Assembly (NCBI GenBank): GCA_938041455.1
Contig: CALITO010000003.1
Location: 98,548-162,547 of the forward strand
Direction: 5' to 3'
DNA length: 64,000 nt
Source of the DNA: an uncultured bacterium
GTDB taxonomy: Bacteria; Armatimonadota; JACIXR01
Shown here: in pieces, positions 28,032 to 39,545 of the stretch
Layout: every line of letters begins with the position of its first letter
Numbering within the stretch: position 1 is the stretch's first letter
Translations under genes and position numbers: made by a program
The notes under the pieces: model-generated
Seen by the model: only the letters and a program-made list of their open reading frames with translations
Database searches by the model: none
What the model was told of the DNA's origin: nothing

Positions 28032-28897
28032 CGCTTGTCTATTATTTCTCTAACCTTTTCCTCTACTTCCTTTATCTCCCAAAGTGGTGTGGAAAGCCCG
28101 GCGGTGATCCCTACTTTTTTCCCCTCTTCAAACCATTCCTCCTTCACATCATCAGCCCTCTCCACTAGATAACTCTTTACCCCCATCTCCTCACAAGCTT
28201 CCTTCAGTCTTTTTGTGTTGGCGCTTCTTGTCCCACCCACTATCACCATAATCTCCACTTCCTTAGCAAGTTCCTGGGAAGTGGTCCGTCTTTTCTCCAC
28301 CTCTGGGCAGGAGGTATCTTCAAATTTGAAATCTTTTATTCTCTCTGATAGCAGCCTGGCTATCCTCAGAAACTTTTCTCCCCCTTTGGTCGTCTGGCAG
28401 AGAAAACCCGCTTTATCCACTAAAGGCAGATTGAGTGCTCCTTCCTCATCCTCTATCACCCATCCTTTCCCCTTTATATAACTCAATATACCCTGCACCT
28501 CGGGATGTTCTCTATCACCGAAAATCAATACATATCTTTCTTCTTTGGAGAGCTTTAAAGCCGTCATTTGTGCCCTTCTCACCCGTGAGCAAGTGCAATC
28601 TATTATCTTTATCCCCTTTTCCTTGGCCTTCTCTATCAACTGGGGTGGGGAGCCATGGGCACGGATGAGCATACAACCATCCTCCGGTATCTCCTCAATA
28701 GTCCCTACTATCCTCAGTCCGAGTTCTTTGAGCCTCTCCACTTCACCTTCGTTATGTATCAAATCCCCGATAACGAAGACCTTCTCATACCTTCGCAGTG
28801 CTGCCTCTGCGAGCTTGATTGCCCGCCTGACCCCCGGACAGAACCCTAAGCCCTTCGCTTTCAAATACCCTTTAGCTACCATAGAGTAAACCGCCAA
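28010..28897 (-). CDS. ispH: 4-hydroxy-3-methylbut-2-enyl diphosphate reductase IspH/LytB
   Basis: Has GFCPGVRRAI and the conserved Cys/His layout of LytB. Confidence 0.9.
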   Translation of the reverse strand: MAVYSMVAKGYLKAKGLGFCPGVRRAIKLAEAALRRYEKVFVIGDLIHNEGEVERLKELGLRIVGTIEEIPEDGCMLIRAHGSPPQLIEKAKEKGIKIIDCTCSRVRRAQMTALKLSKEERYVLIFGDREHPEVQGILSYIKGKGWVIEDEEGALNLPLVDKAGFLCQTTKGGEKFLRIARLLSERIKDFKFEDTSCPEVEKRRTTSQELAKEVEIMVIVGGTRSANTKRLKEACEEMGVKSYLVERADDVKEEWFEEGKKVGITAGLSTPLWEIKEVEEKVREIIDKRWGRKSP

Positions 28898-28900
28898 ATA

Positions 28901-29935
28901 CTAAAAGTTTATTCTTAAACTTTCCCTTGTCCATTTCTCCAAATGTTTCTTAATAGAGCCCCTTCCCCCCAGTTGGGAGAGGTGAAAGACCGCGTCATCG
29001 GTGTAGGACTCGCACATCTCCCGTGTATATTCCCTTGCGTCTATCTCCTCTAATATCCCCAGAACTTTCTCTATGTCCTCTTTGGTCTTTTCGTTTTTTG
29101 CTAATATTTCCGCTAATTCTTCCTTTCTTTGGCTCTTGTTAAGTGCGAAGACAATGGGAAAGCTCATTTTCCCTTTGTGAACATCCTCCGCAGGCTTGCC
29201 TATTTTCTCCGCTTCACCCCAAATTCCCAAATAGTCATCCTTAACTTGGAAAGCCAAGCCGAAGAAAATCCCGAACTTCCCCGCCCTCTCCACAGTTTCC
29301 TCTTTCTTACCAGCTAGTATTGCTGCTATTCTGCAGGCTCTCTCAAACAGGGCTCCCGTCTTCCTCCTCACCATATAAAGGTAATCGCTGACGGTTGTTT
29401 CGCCCTTTTCCTGCATAGTTAAGTCAAGATACTGCCCTTCGGTCATACTGATTATCGCAAATGTGAGTTCCTCCACAACCCGGTTGACCATACCCGGGGG
29501 AAATTTTTCCAGGAGGCGTAGGACGGAGAGATAGACAAGGGCTTGCATTGAGGAGCCGAGGTTGATCGCTTGGGGAATACCCCATATCTTCCAAACGGTG
29601 GGGCGAAAGCGCCTTATCTCATCTCCATCTTCTATATCGTCGTGGATGAGGGAAAAATTATGGAGAAACTCCACTGCTGAGGCAGCAGGTAGAGAGGACT
29701 TGAGACTTCCCCCAAGCAGTTTGTTAACTGCCAAAAGCAAAAGGGGACGGATTCTTTTCCCTCCAAATTTCCCTCTTTCTTCCTCCTTAAGCCAATTTCC
29801 CTTTTCGTCCTTCCACCCCAGATGATAACGCATAAAGTCGTAGAGAGGGAGCTCGAACTGGGAGAGAACCATCTCCATCTCCTTCTCCAGGAGCCTAAGG
29901 GAGGAGGAAAAGAATCTTTTAAGCGTATCCTCCAC
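28901..29935 (-). CDS. polyprenyl diphosphate synthase (trans-IPPS, GGPPS/IspA family)
   Basis: First Asp-rich motif LIHDDIEDGDEIRR and second motif KDDYLGIWG. Confidence 0.8.
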   Translation of the reverse strand: MEDTLKRFFSSSLRLLEKEMEMVLSQFELPLYDFMRYHLGWKDEKGNWLKEEERGKFGGKRIRPLLLLAVNKLLGGSLKSSLPAASAVEFLHNFSLIHDDIEDGDEIRRFRPTVWKIWGIPQAINLGSSMQALVYLSVLRLLEKFPPGMVNRVVEELTFAIISMTEGQYLDLTMQEKGETTVSDYLYMVRRKTGALFERACRIAAILAGKKEETVERAGKFGIFFGLAFQVKDDYLGIWGEAEKIGKPAEDVHKGKMSFPIVFALNKSQRKEELAEILAKNEKTKEDIEKVLGILEEIDAREYTREMCESYTDDAVFHLSQLGGRGSIKKHLEKWTRESLRINF

Positions 29936-31501
29936 CTACTTTTCTCCCTTCAGGATTCCGTATTCTATTGACTCCACGAGCGCCTGCCAAGAAGCTTCAA
30001 TTATATTGGTTGAAACACCTATAGTGGACCACACATCCTCGCCGTCGAAAGACTCCACGAGAACTCTTACTTTTGCTGCTGTCCCCTCTGCTCCGCTTAT
30101 CACCCTCACTTTAAAGTCGGTTAGGCGAATTTTTTCCAACTCGGGATAGAACTGAAGAAGTGCCTTGCGCAGGGCATTGTCAAGGGCGTGGACTGGCCCA
30201 TCCCCCTCAGCCACAGTATGAGTAACCTTTCCATTCACGCTCAGCTTGAGAGTAGCTTCGGTGACGAATCCTTCGTCCTCGCTTCTTTTCTCAACTATTA
30301 CTCTCAATCCAAGGAGGTCAAAAAGTTTCCTATATCCACCAGTTATCTTCTTAACCAAAAGTTCAAAGGAAGCCTCCGCTCCCTCAAAATGATAGCCCTC
30401 CTTTTCCAGTTCCACCAGTTTATCAAGTATTAAGCGGGTCTCTCGTGAATCCTTTGTGAGGTCTATGTCAAGCCTACGGGTTTTATAAACGATTGTAGAA
30501 GCTCCTGATAGTTCAGAGACGAGGATTCTTCTTTCATTTCCCACCGCCTCCGGATTTATATGTTCATAAGAGTGGGGGTTCTTCATTATCGCGTCAACAT
30601 GGATACCTCCTTTATGTGCGAATGCTGACCTTCCAACGAAGGGCATATTGCTGGCAGGCACGATGTTGGAAACCTCGGCAACGAAGTGAGATAACTCAAC
30701 GAGGTTCTTCAATTTCTCTTCCGGAATTACTTCAATTCCCATCTTCAACACAAGGATGGGAATAACCGAGCAGAGATTAGCGTTTCCACAGCGCTCACCA
30801 TAACCGTTTATAGTGCCCTGGATATGGACTGCCCCCGCTTGCACCGCAGCGATGGTATTGGCCACGCCAGTCTCGGAATCGTTGTGGGCATGAATACCAA
30901 TTGGCGCTTTTATTTTGTCCCTAACCTTGCCGGTAATCTCCCCCACCTCGTTGGGAAGACAGCCGCCGTTCGTGTCAGCGAGGCAAATTATATCCGCTCC
31001 CGCTGACTCAGCTGCTAACAAACATTCCATAGCATAAGTGGGGTCAGACTTATAACCATCAAAGAAATGCTCTGCGTCGAAGATTACCTCCCTGTTGAAG
31101 GATTTAAGGAAGCGGATTGAATCCTCTATCATCTTCAAATTTTCCTCAAGCGAGACACGGAGGACCTCCTTCACATGGAAATCCCACGATTTACCGAAGA
31201 TGGTGACCACGGGGGTATCCATTTGAATGAGCATAACGAGATTGGTGTCATCTTCTGGCTTCCTATTTGCTCTCCTTGTTGAGCCGAAGGCGGCAAGCTT
31301 GGCTTTTTGAAGGGGTTCCTCCGCCATCTTCTTGAAGAAGGCAAGGTCCTTAGGGTTTGAAGCAGGCCACCCTCCTTCAATGTAGTGGATCCCGAACCAA
31401 TCTAATTTACGGGCAATGCGGATTTTATCCTCTAAGGAGAAGGATATGCCCTCCATCTGTGCGCCGTCTCTTAAAGTGGTATCATATAGAGTAATCGTCA
31501 T
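29936..31501 (-). CDS. cimA: (R)-citramalate synthase / 2-isopropylmalate synthase family protein
   Basis: N-terminal TLYDTTLRDGAQMEGISF and IEGGWPASNPKD signatures, as in CimA-type enzymes. The HxH metal site (IHAHND) and a C-terminal LeuA-dimer regulatory domain are present. Confidence 0.8.
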   Translation of the reverse strand: MTITLYDTTLRDGAQMEGISFSLEDKIRIARKLDWFGIHYIEGGWPASNPKDLAFFKKMAEEPLQKAKLAAFGSTRRANRKPEDDTNLVMLIQMDTPVVTIFGKSWDFHVKEVLRVSLEENLKMIEDSIRFLKSFNREVIFDAEHFFDGYKSDPTYAMECLLAAESAGADIICLADTNGGCLPNEVGEITGKVRDKIKAPIGIHAHNDSETGVANTIAAVQAGAVHIQGTINGYGERCGNANLCSVIPILVLKMGIEVIPEEKLKNLVELSHFVAEVSNIVPASNMPFVGRSAFAHKGGIHVDAIMKNPHSYEHINPEAVGNERRILVSELSGASTIVYKTRRLDIDLTKDSRETRLILDKLVELEKEGYHFEGAEASFELLVKKITGGYRKLFDLLGLRVIVEKRSEDEGFVTEATLKLSVNGKVTHTVAEGDGPVHALDNALRKALLQFYPELEKIRLTDFKVRVISGAEGTAAKVRVLVESFDGEDVWSTIGVSTNIIEASWQALVESIEYGILKGEK

Positions 31502-31600
31502 TTACACTACCTCCTACAAAAGAAATTTTAACACCACACCCTATATTTAGCAAGCGAACATAAAAGCAACAGGCACCCACCTTTTTCCATTATTTAAACA

Positions 31601-31840
31601 AAAAATCCCAAAATTGGTTTTGTTGAAAAAAGAAAAAAGGAAACGCATTCTCTTCCTTAGCGGTTTCCTCCCTTTACTTGGGAATAAATGGCTTTACAAA
31701 AACGAAGAGAAACCCTGTTTATTAGCCATTTAACTTGACAATCTTCTCCTAAAAATTTCTAAATGCTACATTTCTATAAACTTCATCATTCCCCCAAGGG
31801 GGAAAGTGAACGTTCTTTGAATTATTCAACGAAACTTAAA
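31601..31840. repeat. intergenic repeat, copy 2 (about 85% identical to 10226..10460)
   Basis: Read-off alignment. Sits between the cimA start (31501, minus strand) and the promoter of the 31919 gene. Confidence 0.8.
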
Positions 31841-31856
31841 AATTAAATTTTCCCAC

Positions 31857-31885
31857 TTGACGCACCCCCTCTTTTGTGCTACTAT
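31857..31885 (+). promoter_or_regulatory. candidate promoter for the prepilin/DUF1559 gene
   Basis: TTGACG, a 17-nt spacer, then TGcTACTAT (extended -10). An AGGAGG site lies 7 nt before TTG 31919. Confidence 0.4.
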
Positions 31886-31918
31886 TTTTAAAAAGATAAC
31901 ACTAAAGGAGGGATTCCC

Positions 31919-32638
31919 TTGAGAAGAAGAGGTTTCACCCTAATTGAGTTACTCGTCGTCATAGCAATTATTGCTATTCTTTCTGCTATCCTCTTCCCTG
32001 TGTTCAGCAAGGCAAGGGAGAAGGCAAGGCAGATAACCTGCACCAGCAATATGCGGCAGGTGGGTCTGGCTGTGAGGATGTATCTTCAGGACTGGGACGA
32101 GCGCTACCCTCCAGCTTCCTACTGGAAAACTCGCCTTCAACCATATATGAAGAGCGTAGACCTCTTCAAATGTCCCAGCAGACCTCAGCTCCCTTGGTAT
32201 TATGGACATGGCTATAACATAGGATATGCTGGCATTTATCCCCCTGTATATGGCTTCATAGAATTGACCTCTCTTCTCCCTGGTGGTATTCCAAACCCTA
32301 ATGCTCCGGGGAGAAGCGATGCCTCCATAACCTCTCCTTCAAGTAAAATATTCGCTCCTGAGTGGGATAGATGCAACGCTGGACCTCCCGTGGGTCCCGT
32401 GGGGCTTTTTCACGGGGGGGCTACTTCCTATTGGGCGGTTTGCCGAGTCCACAATGGTGGTTCAAATGTCTTATTTGCGGACGGACATGTGAAGTTTATG
32501 AGACCAGAGCAGTATCATAGCAATACCGACCATATAGACGCAAATGGCATCCCCGTGGACGAGAATGGCAACCCCATAGGTCCCGATGCGGTGGTGGAGG
32601 AACAAATCTGGCGCACCTACTGGGATACGAATTATTAG
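31919..32638 (+). CDS. prepilin-type N-terminal cleavage/methylation domain protein with a DUF1559 (H-X9-DG) domain
   Basis: N-terminus [28 protein letters not shown]-terminal [12 protein letters not shown]9-DG motif. Confidence 0.8.
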   Translation: MRRRGFTLIELLVVIAIIAILSAILFPVFSKAREKARQITCTSNMRQVGLAVRMYLQDWDERYPPASYWKTRLQPYMKSVDLFKCPSRPQLPWYYGHGYNIGYAGIYPPVYGFIELTSLLPGGIPNPNAPGRSDASITSPSSKIFAPEWDRCNAGPPVGPVGLFHGGATSYWAVCRVHNGGSNVLFADGHVKFMRPEQYHSNTDHIDANGIPVDENGNPIGPDAVVEEQIWRTYWDTNY

Positions 32639-32646
32639 CTAAGGTA

Positions 32647-33168
32647 ATGAGGGCTTTTCAATGGTCTGTTAAGGACTTAACGAGGGCGAGCTTCCTTGGA
32701 GCTTTAGGGCTCGCCCTTCCTTTTCTCTTCCATCTCGTGGGTGCGGGGAGGATATTCTTGCCTATGCATATCCCCATCCTACTGGGAGGTTTTTTACTTC
32801 CCCCAACTCTCGCCTGCTTTCTTGGTGCAGTGGTGCCGTTTCTCTCCTCACTTCTAACTGGTATGCCACCTATCCTTCCCACGATGCCAATTATGGTCCT
32901 TGAGCTCGCTGGGCTGGGGGGAATAACGGCAATTCTCTATCACAATCTGAAAGTCGGCGTATGGGGAAGTCTAATAGGGGGGATAGTGGGAGATAGGTTT
33001 GTCCTTGCTCTCGTAGTTCTAATCCTTGGGAGATGGTTGGAGGTCAAATCCCCCATCGTTTATGTAGGTGGAGCGGTGATGACGGGCATTCCGGGGATTA
33101 TTTTGCAACTCTTAATCATTCCCCCCATAATTTATTTTTATGAGAAGCGCAAAAGGGAAGGGGGATAA
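32647..33168 (+). CDS. putative ECF-transporter substrate-specific (S) component
   Basis: 173 aa with 5-6 TM helices, sitting immediately upstream of, and overlapping, the EcfT/EcfA fusion gene. Confidence 0.5.
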   Translation: MRAFQWSVKDLTRASFLGALGLALPFLFHLVGAGRIFLPMHIPILLGGFLLPPTLACFLGAVVPFLSSLLTGMPPILPTMPIMVLELAGLGGITAILYHNLKVGVWGSLIGGIVGDRFVLALVVLILGRWLEVKSPIVYVGGAVMTGIPGIILQLLIIPPIIYFYEKRKREGG

Positions 33169-34429
33169 ACTCTGGATTATATTCCCTTCCTTTCTTATCC
33201 TTCCTTTTCTAATCCCTTGGATTAAGGGGAAATTCTTGCTTTCCCTTCTGCTTTTCTCCTTCTTTCTCCTTTTCTGCTACCGCATAAAATGGGAATGGTT
33301 TAAAAAAAGGTTTCTGCCTTTCCTTATATCTATAACTACGCTGACCTGCTTCTCACTACTTCTTGGGGGATCCAGAGATAAGATAATAGAACTCGACGCC
33401 CGTTGTGCAGGCGTTTTTCTTCTCTTTTCCCTTGTCACGAGCCAAATTACTCCCTCCCAGCTTTTGAGGATTTTCTCAAAAGAAGGAAAGCCCTCTTCGA
33501 TTGCCTTATTTTTCTATCTTACTTTCCGTTATTTTTCTCTCCTCTTAGAAGAAGGACAAAGGATGGTTCGTTCTGCTCAAGCGAGGGGAGGAGAGATGAA
33601 GAAGATAGTTTGGAGGTCCTTTAAACTCTTCGTAAATTATATTCTGAGAATTTTGAGGAGGAGCGAGGTGGTAGCGATGGCTATAGAAGCGAGAGGCTGG
33701 GAGGGGACGGAGACGCCCCCTCTATCTCAAGATGAGATAAGGTTGGAGGATGTTTCATTTACCTATCCCGATGGTAAAGAGGCGCTGAAGAATATAAACT
33801 TGAGGATAGGAAAGGGAGAAAGGGTGGCGATTTTGGGGAGAAATGGGGCGGGGAAATCGACCCTCCTTTGGGTTATAGGGGGATTTCTTAAGCCCAGGGG
33901 GAAGGTGAATGTCTTCGGAATAGAGGTGAAGAAAGAGAATCTTCCCAAATTGAGGAAAATAGTGGGCATAGTGTTTGAAGACCCCGAGGACCAGCTTTTA
34001 ATGCCCTCGCTTATTGAGGATGTTATGTTCGGTCTATTGAATATTGGTTATAGAAGGGGTGAAGCGGAGAGGTTGGCGAGGGAGGAATTGAAGAGGTTTG
34101 GTTTAGAAGGGTATGAAGAAAGCCATCCCCACGATTTATCACAGGGTGAGAAGAGGAGGGCATCTTTGGCAGGTGTAATGGTGATGAGACCACAACTTCT
34201 ACTTTTGGATGAGCCGAGCGCCAATTTGGATGCCCGAGGGCGCAAGGAATTGGTGGATATTTTAAAGGGACTGGATGCAACCTTTCTCCTTGCCACACAC
34301 GATTTCCAACTGGTGAGGGCGCTCTGCCCGAGGGCGGTTGTCCTCCTTGAAGGCGAAGTTGTTTACGATGGCGCAATGAAAAGTTTAGTAGAACAAAGGC
34401 AACTCTTAGAGGGCTGGGGGATATTATAG
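33140..34429 (+). CDS. ECF/CbiQO-type transporter: T (transmembrane) component fused to an ABC ATPase
   Basis: The N-terminal membrane half carries the two EcfT coupling-helix Ala-Arg-Gly motifs (SAQARGGE, AIEARGWEG). The C-terminal half has Walker A GRNGAGKST, the LSQGEKRR signature and Walker B LLLDEPSANLD. Confidence 0.7.
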   Translation: MRSAKGKGDKLWIIFPSFLILPFLIPWIKGKFLLSLLLFSFFLLFCYRIKWEWFKKRFLPFLISITTLTCFSLLLGGSRDKIIELDARCAGVFLLFSLVTSQITPSQLLRIFSKEGKPSSIALFFYLTFRYFSLLLEEGQRMVRSAQARGGEMKKIVWRSFKLFVNYILRILRRSEVVAMAIEARGWEGTETPPLSQDEIRLEDVSFTYPDGKEALKNINLRIGKGERVAILGRNGAGKSTLLWVIGGFLKPRGKVNVFGIEVKKENLPKLRKIVGIVFEDPEDQLLMPSLIEDVMFGLLNIGYRRGEAERLAREELKRFGLEGYEESHPHDLSQGEKRRASLAGVMVMRPQLLLLDEPSANLDARGRKELVDILKGLDATFLLATHDFQLVRALCPRAVVLLEGEVVYDGAMKSLVEQRQLLEGWGIL

Positions 34430-34462
34430 TTCTATAGTTTACTTTCTCTCCGAGATAAAACC

Positions 34463-34471
34463 TGCTATAAT
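34463..34471 (+). promoter_or_regulatory. extended -10 element (TGcTATAAT) immediately upstream of nikR
   Basis: TGCTATAAT lies 11 nt before ATG 34483. TATAG half-sites flank the region. Confidence 0.3.
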
Positions 34472-34482
34472 TGAAAATTGCT

Positions 34483-34905
34483 ATGAAGAGCAAAGTGACA
34501 AGGTTCAGTGTATCGGTGTATCCCAGCCTATTAAGAAAATTCGATGCTTTCGTGAAGGAGAGAGGCTATGCCAATAGATCAGAGGCTTTTAGAGCTCTGA
34601 TTAAGAAGGAACTTGTGGAGGAGGAATGGCAGGAGGAAGAGAAAGAGACGGTGGGCGTCTTGACTTTGGTTTATGACCATCATAAAAGCGACATTGTGGA
34701 AAAACTGGTTGATATCCAGCATCATTCTTATCCTTTGATAATCTCCACGCTCCACATCCATCTTGACGAAGATAATTGTGTGGAGGCTGTGTTCATAAGG
34801 GGTAAGGTAAAGGAGATAAGGGAAGTGGCGAAAGCAATTGGTTCGATAAAGGGGATAAAGTTCCAAAATCTCGCTTTGGCGACCACGGGCAAGGAAATCC
34901 CTTAG
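34483..34905 (+). CDS. nikR: nickel-responsive regulator NikR (RHH plus ACT-like metal-binding domain)
   Basis: N-terminal ribbon-helix-helix (KVTRFSVSVYPSLLRKFD). The C-terminal His-rich nickel site is VYDHHKSD...QHHS...HIHLDEDNC. The ATG at 34483 is preferred over the ORF-track TTG at 34471. Confidence 0.8.
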   Translation: MKSKVTRFSVSVYPSLLRKFDAFVKERGYANRSEAFRALIKKELVEEEWQEEEKETVGVLTLVYDHHKSDIVEKLVDIQHHSYPLIISTLHIHLDEDNCVEAVFIRGKVKEIREVAKAIGSIKGIKFQNLALATTGKEIP

Positions 34906-34908
34906 ATT

Positions 34909-36324
34909 TTAGAGGATGAAGCGGGAGAGGTCCTCACTCTGGAGGATGTCCCCTAACTGCCGCTGGACGAAACCAGCATCTACTATTACTGTTTGCCCTT
35001 TAAGGGAGGGCGCCTGGAAGGATATGTCCTCTAAAAGCCTTTCCATAACCGTGTGGAGACGGCGAGCTCCTATGTCCTCCGTGCGCTCGTTCACTAAGCG
35101 AGCTATCTTCGCTATCTCAGCAACTCCCTCTGGAGTGAACTGCAAATCCACCCCCTCGGTAGCCAAGAGTGCCTGATACTGCTTGCAGAGGGCATTCTCA
35201 GGCTCGGTTAGTATTCGCCGGAAGTCTTCTTCGCTAAGGGGGTCAAGTTCAACTCTTATCGGGAGGCGCCCTTGCAACTCGGGAATGAGGTCAGAAGGAC
35301 GGGCGGAGTGGAATGCACCAGCCGCTATGAAGAGTATGTGGTCGGTCTTGACCGGTCCATATTTAGTCTGCACCGTGGAACCCTCTATTATGGGGAGAAG
35401 GTCCCTTTGCACTCCTTCCCTTGAAACATCGGGACCAACTCCCCCCGATTTACCCACGATTTTATCTATCTCGTCTATGAAGACAACACCGAGGTTCTCT
35501 GCCCTCTCCTTCGCCTCTCTCTTAACCTCGTCCATATCTATGAGTTTCTCCGCTTCCTCCGCGGCGAGGATATCCTTCGCCTCTCCCAGGGTCACCCTCC
35601 TTCTCTTTTTCTGCTTAGGAAATATACTCCCGAAGAGTTCTTGGATATCCAGTCCCATCTCTTCCACTCCTGCTGGGGTGAACACTTCCACAGCAGGGAT
35701 GCCCCTGCTATCTTCCACCTCTATCTCCACTATCTCTTTATCCATTTCCCCGCTTTCTATCTTCGCCCTTGCTTCCTCCCTCTGCCGATGGGCTACTGCC
35801 ACCCGATAGTTGAACTCCTCTTCACTCATCGTCGGCTCTTCACTTTTTCTTCCAAAGAGCGCTTGGAAGGGGTAGGGTAGGGGGGCGGAGCGTTGAGGGA
35901 GAGGATAGAGAATGTCAAGGAGTCGTTCAATCGCGAGAACCTTCGCCTTCTCCCTCACTTCGGCGAGTTTTTCCTGCCTCACCATTTGAACTGCTACATT
36001 CATCAAATCCCTTATTATGGAATCTACATCTCGCCCTACATAGCCCACTTCTGTGAACTTAGTTGCTTCCACTTTAACAAAGGGGGCGGAGACGATTCTC
36101 GCCATTCTCCTTGCTATCTCCGTCTTGCCCACACCTGTGGGACCTATCATTAGGATGTTCTTGGGTATCACTTCCTCTTTTAGGTTAGGAGGAAGGAATT
36201 TTCTTCTATAGCGATTACGGAGGGCAACGGCGACAGCCTTTTTCGCCCTATATTGTCCCACTATGTATTTGTTCAACTCTTCCACTATTTTCTGGGGAGT
36301 TAAATAAGCCATCGGGTCAATCAT
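34909..36324 (-). CDS. hslU: ATP-dependent protease ATPase subunit HslU
   Basis: Has Walker [18 protein letters not shown] and the HslU intermediate domain. Confidence 0.95.
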   Translation of the reverse strand: MIDPMAYLTPQKIVEELNKYIVGQYRAKKAVAVALRNRYRRKFLPPNLKEEVIPKNILMIGPTGVGKTEIARRMARIVSAPFVKVEATKFTEVGYVGRDVDSIIRDLMNVAVQMVRQEKLAEVREKAKVLAIERLLDILYPLPQRSAPLPYPFQALFGRKSEEPTMSEEEFNYRVAVAHRQREEARAKIESGEMDKEIVEIEVEDSRGIPAVEVFTPAGVEEMGLDIQELFGSIFPKQKKRRRVTLGEAKDILAAEEAEKLIDMDEVKREAKERAENLGVVFIDEIDKIVGKSGGVGPDVSREGVQRDLLPIIEGSTVQTKYGPVKTDHILFIAAGAFHSARPSDLIPELQGRLPIRVELDPLSEEDFRRILTEPENALCKQYQALLATEGVDLQFTPEGVAEIAKIARLVNERTEDIGARRLHTVMERLLEDISFQAPSLKGQTVIVDAGFVQRQLGDILQSEDLSRFIL

Positions 36325-36326
36325 AT

Positions 36327-36872
36327 TTAATCACTTCCCTCTATGGTTTCAATATAAAGCTGGTCATTTGTGTAGATACAAATTGAGGAAGCAATTTTTA
36401 TCGCTTCCTCCGCTATTTTTTGGGCATCCAAATCAGTGTATTTGATTAATGCCTTAGCGGCTGCCAGGGCGTAGGGACCACCTGAGCCTATTCCAACGAC
36501 ATCGTCATCAGGTTCTATAACATCGCCGGTTCCCGAGACCACGAGTAGTTGTTTCCCATCGGAGACGACGAGGAGAGCTTCCAACTGGCGAAGGGCGCGC
36601 TCCGTCCGCCATTCCTTCGCCAGTTCTACGCAAGCTCGTAAGAGATTGCCCTGGTGCTCTTGTAACTTCCCTTCAAGGCGGTCAAATAGGGCAAGAGCAT
36701 CGGCAGCTGCCCCAGCGAAGCCAGCTATTACCCTCCCATTATACATCCTCCTCACCTTGCGGGCAGAGTTCTTCAATATAGTGTTCTGGAAAGTTATCTG
36801 CCCGTCTCCCGCAATAGCGACCTTCCCATATCTTTTTACCGCTAATATCGTTGTGCTTTTCATACTCCTCAT
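36327..36872 (-). CDS. hslV: ATP-dependent protease subunit HslV
   Basis: N-terminal [19 protein letters not shown] with a Thr nucleophile after Met removal. Confidence 0.9.
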   Translation of the reverse strand: MRSMKSTTILAVKRYGKVAIAGDGQITFQNTILKNSARKVRRMYNGRVIAGFAGAAADALALFDRLEGKLQEHQGNLLRACVELAKEWRTERALRQLEALLVVSDGKQLLVVSGTGDVIEPDDDVVGIGSGGPYALAAAKALIKYTDLDAQKIAEEAIKIASSICIYTNDQLYIETIEGSD

Positions 36873-37792
36873 CCTCTCGGATGTGCCTTTTTATAAACTT
36901 CTTTCAATTTGTCAACCGTAAGATGGGTGTAGATCTGGGTGGAAGCGAGACTGGAATGACCCAGAAGTTCCTGAACCGCCCGCAGGTCCGCTCCTCTTTC
37001 CAAAAGATGGGTCGCAAACGAGTGGCGAAGGGTGTGAGGGGAAGCATGAAGAGCTCCCCCTGTGGCGAGTTTGCTAACAATTTTATGAATGCCCCGAATG
37101 GATAATTTACCGCCAAATCTGTTGAGGAAGAGAGCATCACAGGGCTCCCTCTCTAAGATGGGGCGGGAAGAAAGAAGATAATCCCTCAAAGCTTTCCTCG
37201 CTTTCTCTCCTAAGAAGACGAGCCTTTCCTTGTCCCTTTTTCCCTTGATTTTTAACTCCTCGCTATTTTCTTGGAAGTCATTCAATTGGAGGGAGGCAAG
37301 CTCAGCTACTCTCAGGCCAGTGGAGTAAAGGAGCTCTATTAGAGCCCTATTGCGGATTCCCAACGCATCCTCTTTAGTAGAGGATAACATCGTTTCTATG
37401 TCCTTGATTTTGAGGAAGTGGGGGAGCCCTCTTCTGTGGCGAGGGGAGGAGAGGACGAGGAGGGGATTGCTCTTGAGCTTGCCCGATTTCACCAGATATT
37501 TATAAAATGAGCGGAGTGCGGATAACTTCCTTAAAATGCTCGTCCTGCTGTATTTATTCTCCTGAAGAGCCCCCAAGAAATCCCTTAGAAGGTAGATCTC
37601 CACCTTCCCCCATTCAAGGATGTTTCTCTTCTCGGCGAAGCGGGAGAACTGGAGGAGGTCCTCGCTGTAGGATTTAAGGGTGTGGGGCGAATAACCCCGC
37701 ACCTCCTTAAGATAGTTAATGAACTCCTCTATCTCCTCAATCATTCTCAAAATAATTTTAACCGATGGGGAGAAAAAATCAAAACCCGCCAT
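36869..37792 (-). CDS. xerC: tyrosine recombinase XerC/XerD family
   Basis: Carries [38 protein letters not shown] with the catalytic Tyr. Sits in the xerC-hslV-hslU operon. The true start may be the internal Met at 37744. Confidence 0.85.
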   Translation of the reverse strand: MAGFDFFSPSVKIILRMIEEIEEFINYLKEVRGYSPHTLKSYSEDLLQFSRFAEKRNILEWGKVEIYLLRDFLGALQENKYSRTSILRKLSALRSFYKYLVKSGKLKSNPLLVLSSPRHRRGLPHFLKIKDIETMLSSTKEDALGIRNRALIELLYSTGLRVAELASLQLNDFQENSEELKIKGKRDKERLVFLGEKARKALRDYLLSSRPILEREPCDALFLNRFGGKLSIRGIHKIVSKLATGGALHASPHTLRHSFATHLLERGADLRAVQELLGHSSLASTQIYTHLTVDKLKEVYKKAHPRG

Positions 37793-37803
37793 TCCCCCAA
37801 AAG

Positions 37804-37832
37804 TGGACGGAATCCCTTTATTGGTCTATAAT
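37804..37832 (+). promoter_or_regulatory. candidate promoter for the rplU-rpmA-obg operon
   Basis: TATAAT at 37827-37832 with a weak -35 (TGGACG) 17 nt upstream. An AAGGAGG site precedes ATG 37875. Confidence 0.3.
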
Positions 37833-37874
37833 TTAAAAAGTATTGATACTTCTAAAAAGGAGGTTTCTCAGGTT

Positions 37875-38195
37875 ATGCTTGCGGTAGTGGAAACAGGAGG
37901 TAAACAATATAAAGTTAAGGAAAAAGATGTCATAGAGGTTGAGAAAATAGATTCCCCCGAGGGAGCCACCATAACCTTAGATAAGGTGTTGTTAGTGGAT
38001 AGTGGTTCCCAACACCTTATAGGTTCGCCCTATTTACCTGAGGCAAAAGTCGTTGCCAAGGTTCTCAAACATCTCAAGGGGGAGAAAATCCGTGTTTTCA
38101 AATACAAGCCGAAAAAGAATTATCGGCGTAGGAAAGGACATAGACAGCTTCTCACCCGCCTTTTAATAGAGAAAATAGAGTTGGGAGGTGAATAA
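37875..38195 (+). CDS. rplU: 50S ribosomal protein L21
   Basis: N-terminus [14 protein letters not shown], with AAGGAGG 8 nt upstream. The ORF-track N-terminal extension overlaps xerC and is rejected. Confidence 0.9.
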   Translation: MLAVVETGGKQYKVKEKDVIEVEKIDSPEGATITLDKVLLVDSGSQHLIGSPYLPEAKVVAKVLKHLKGEKIRVFKYKPKKNYRRRKGHRQLLTRLLIEKIELGGE

Positions 38196-38197
38196 GG

Positions 38198-38461
38198 ATG
38201 GCACATAAAAAGGCAGGAGGTTCCTCTCGCAATGGAAGGGATAGTGCTGGCAAGAGGTTAGGGGTTAAGGAGTTCGCTGGCGAGTTCGTCCGTGCTGGCT
38301 ACATACTTGTCCGCCAGAGGGGCACCAAGTTCCATCCGGGGAAAAATGTCGGTGTGGGCTCCGATTATACCCTCTACGCCCTCATAGATGGCTATGTGAG
38401 GTTTGAGAAAAGCAAAGGGAAAACCAAGGTAAGTGTCTATCCTGAGGGACTCCAAAACTAA
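38198..38461 (+). CDS. rpmA: 50S ribosomal protein L27
   Basis: N-terminus [24 protein letters not shown]. Confidence 0.9.
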   Translation: MAHKKAGGSSRNGRDSAGKRLGVKEFAGEFVRAGYILVRQRGTKFHPGKNVGVGSDYTLYALIDGYVRFEKSKGKTKVSVYPEGLQN

Positions 38462-39505
<1,044 letters not shown>

Positions 39506-39545
39506 TAAAATTAGATCTCAAACATTAAAAGGGAGGCGAAAGAAA

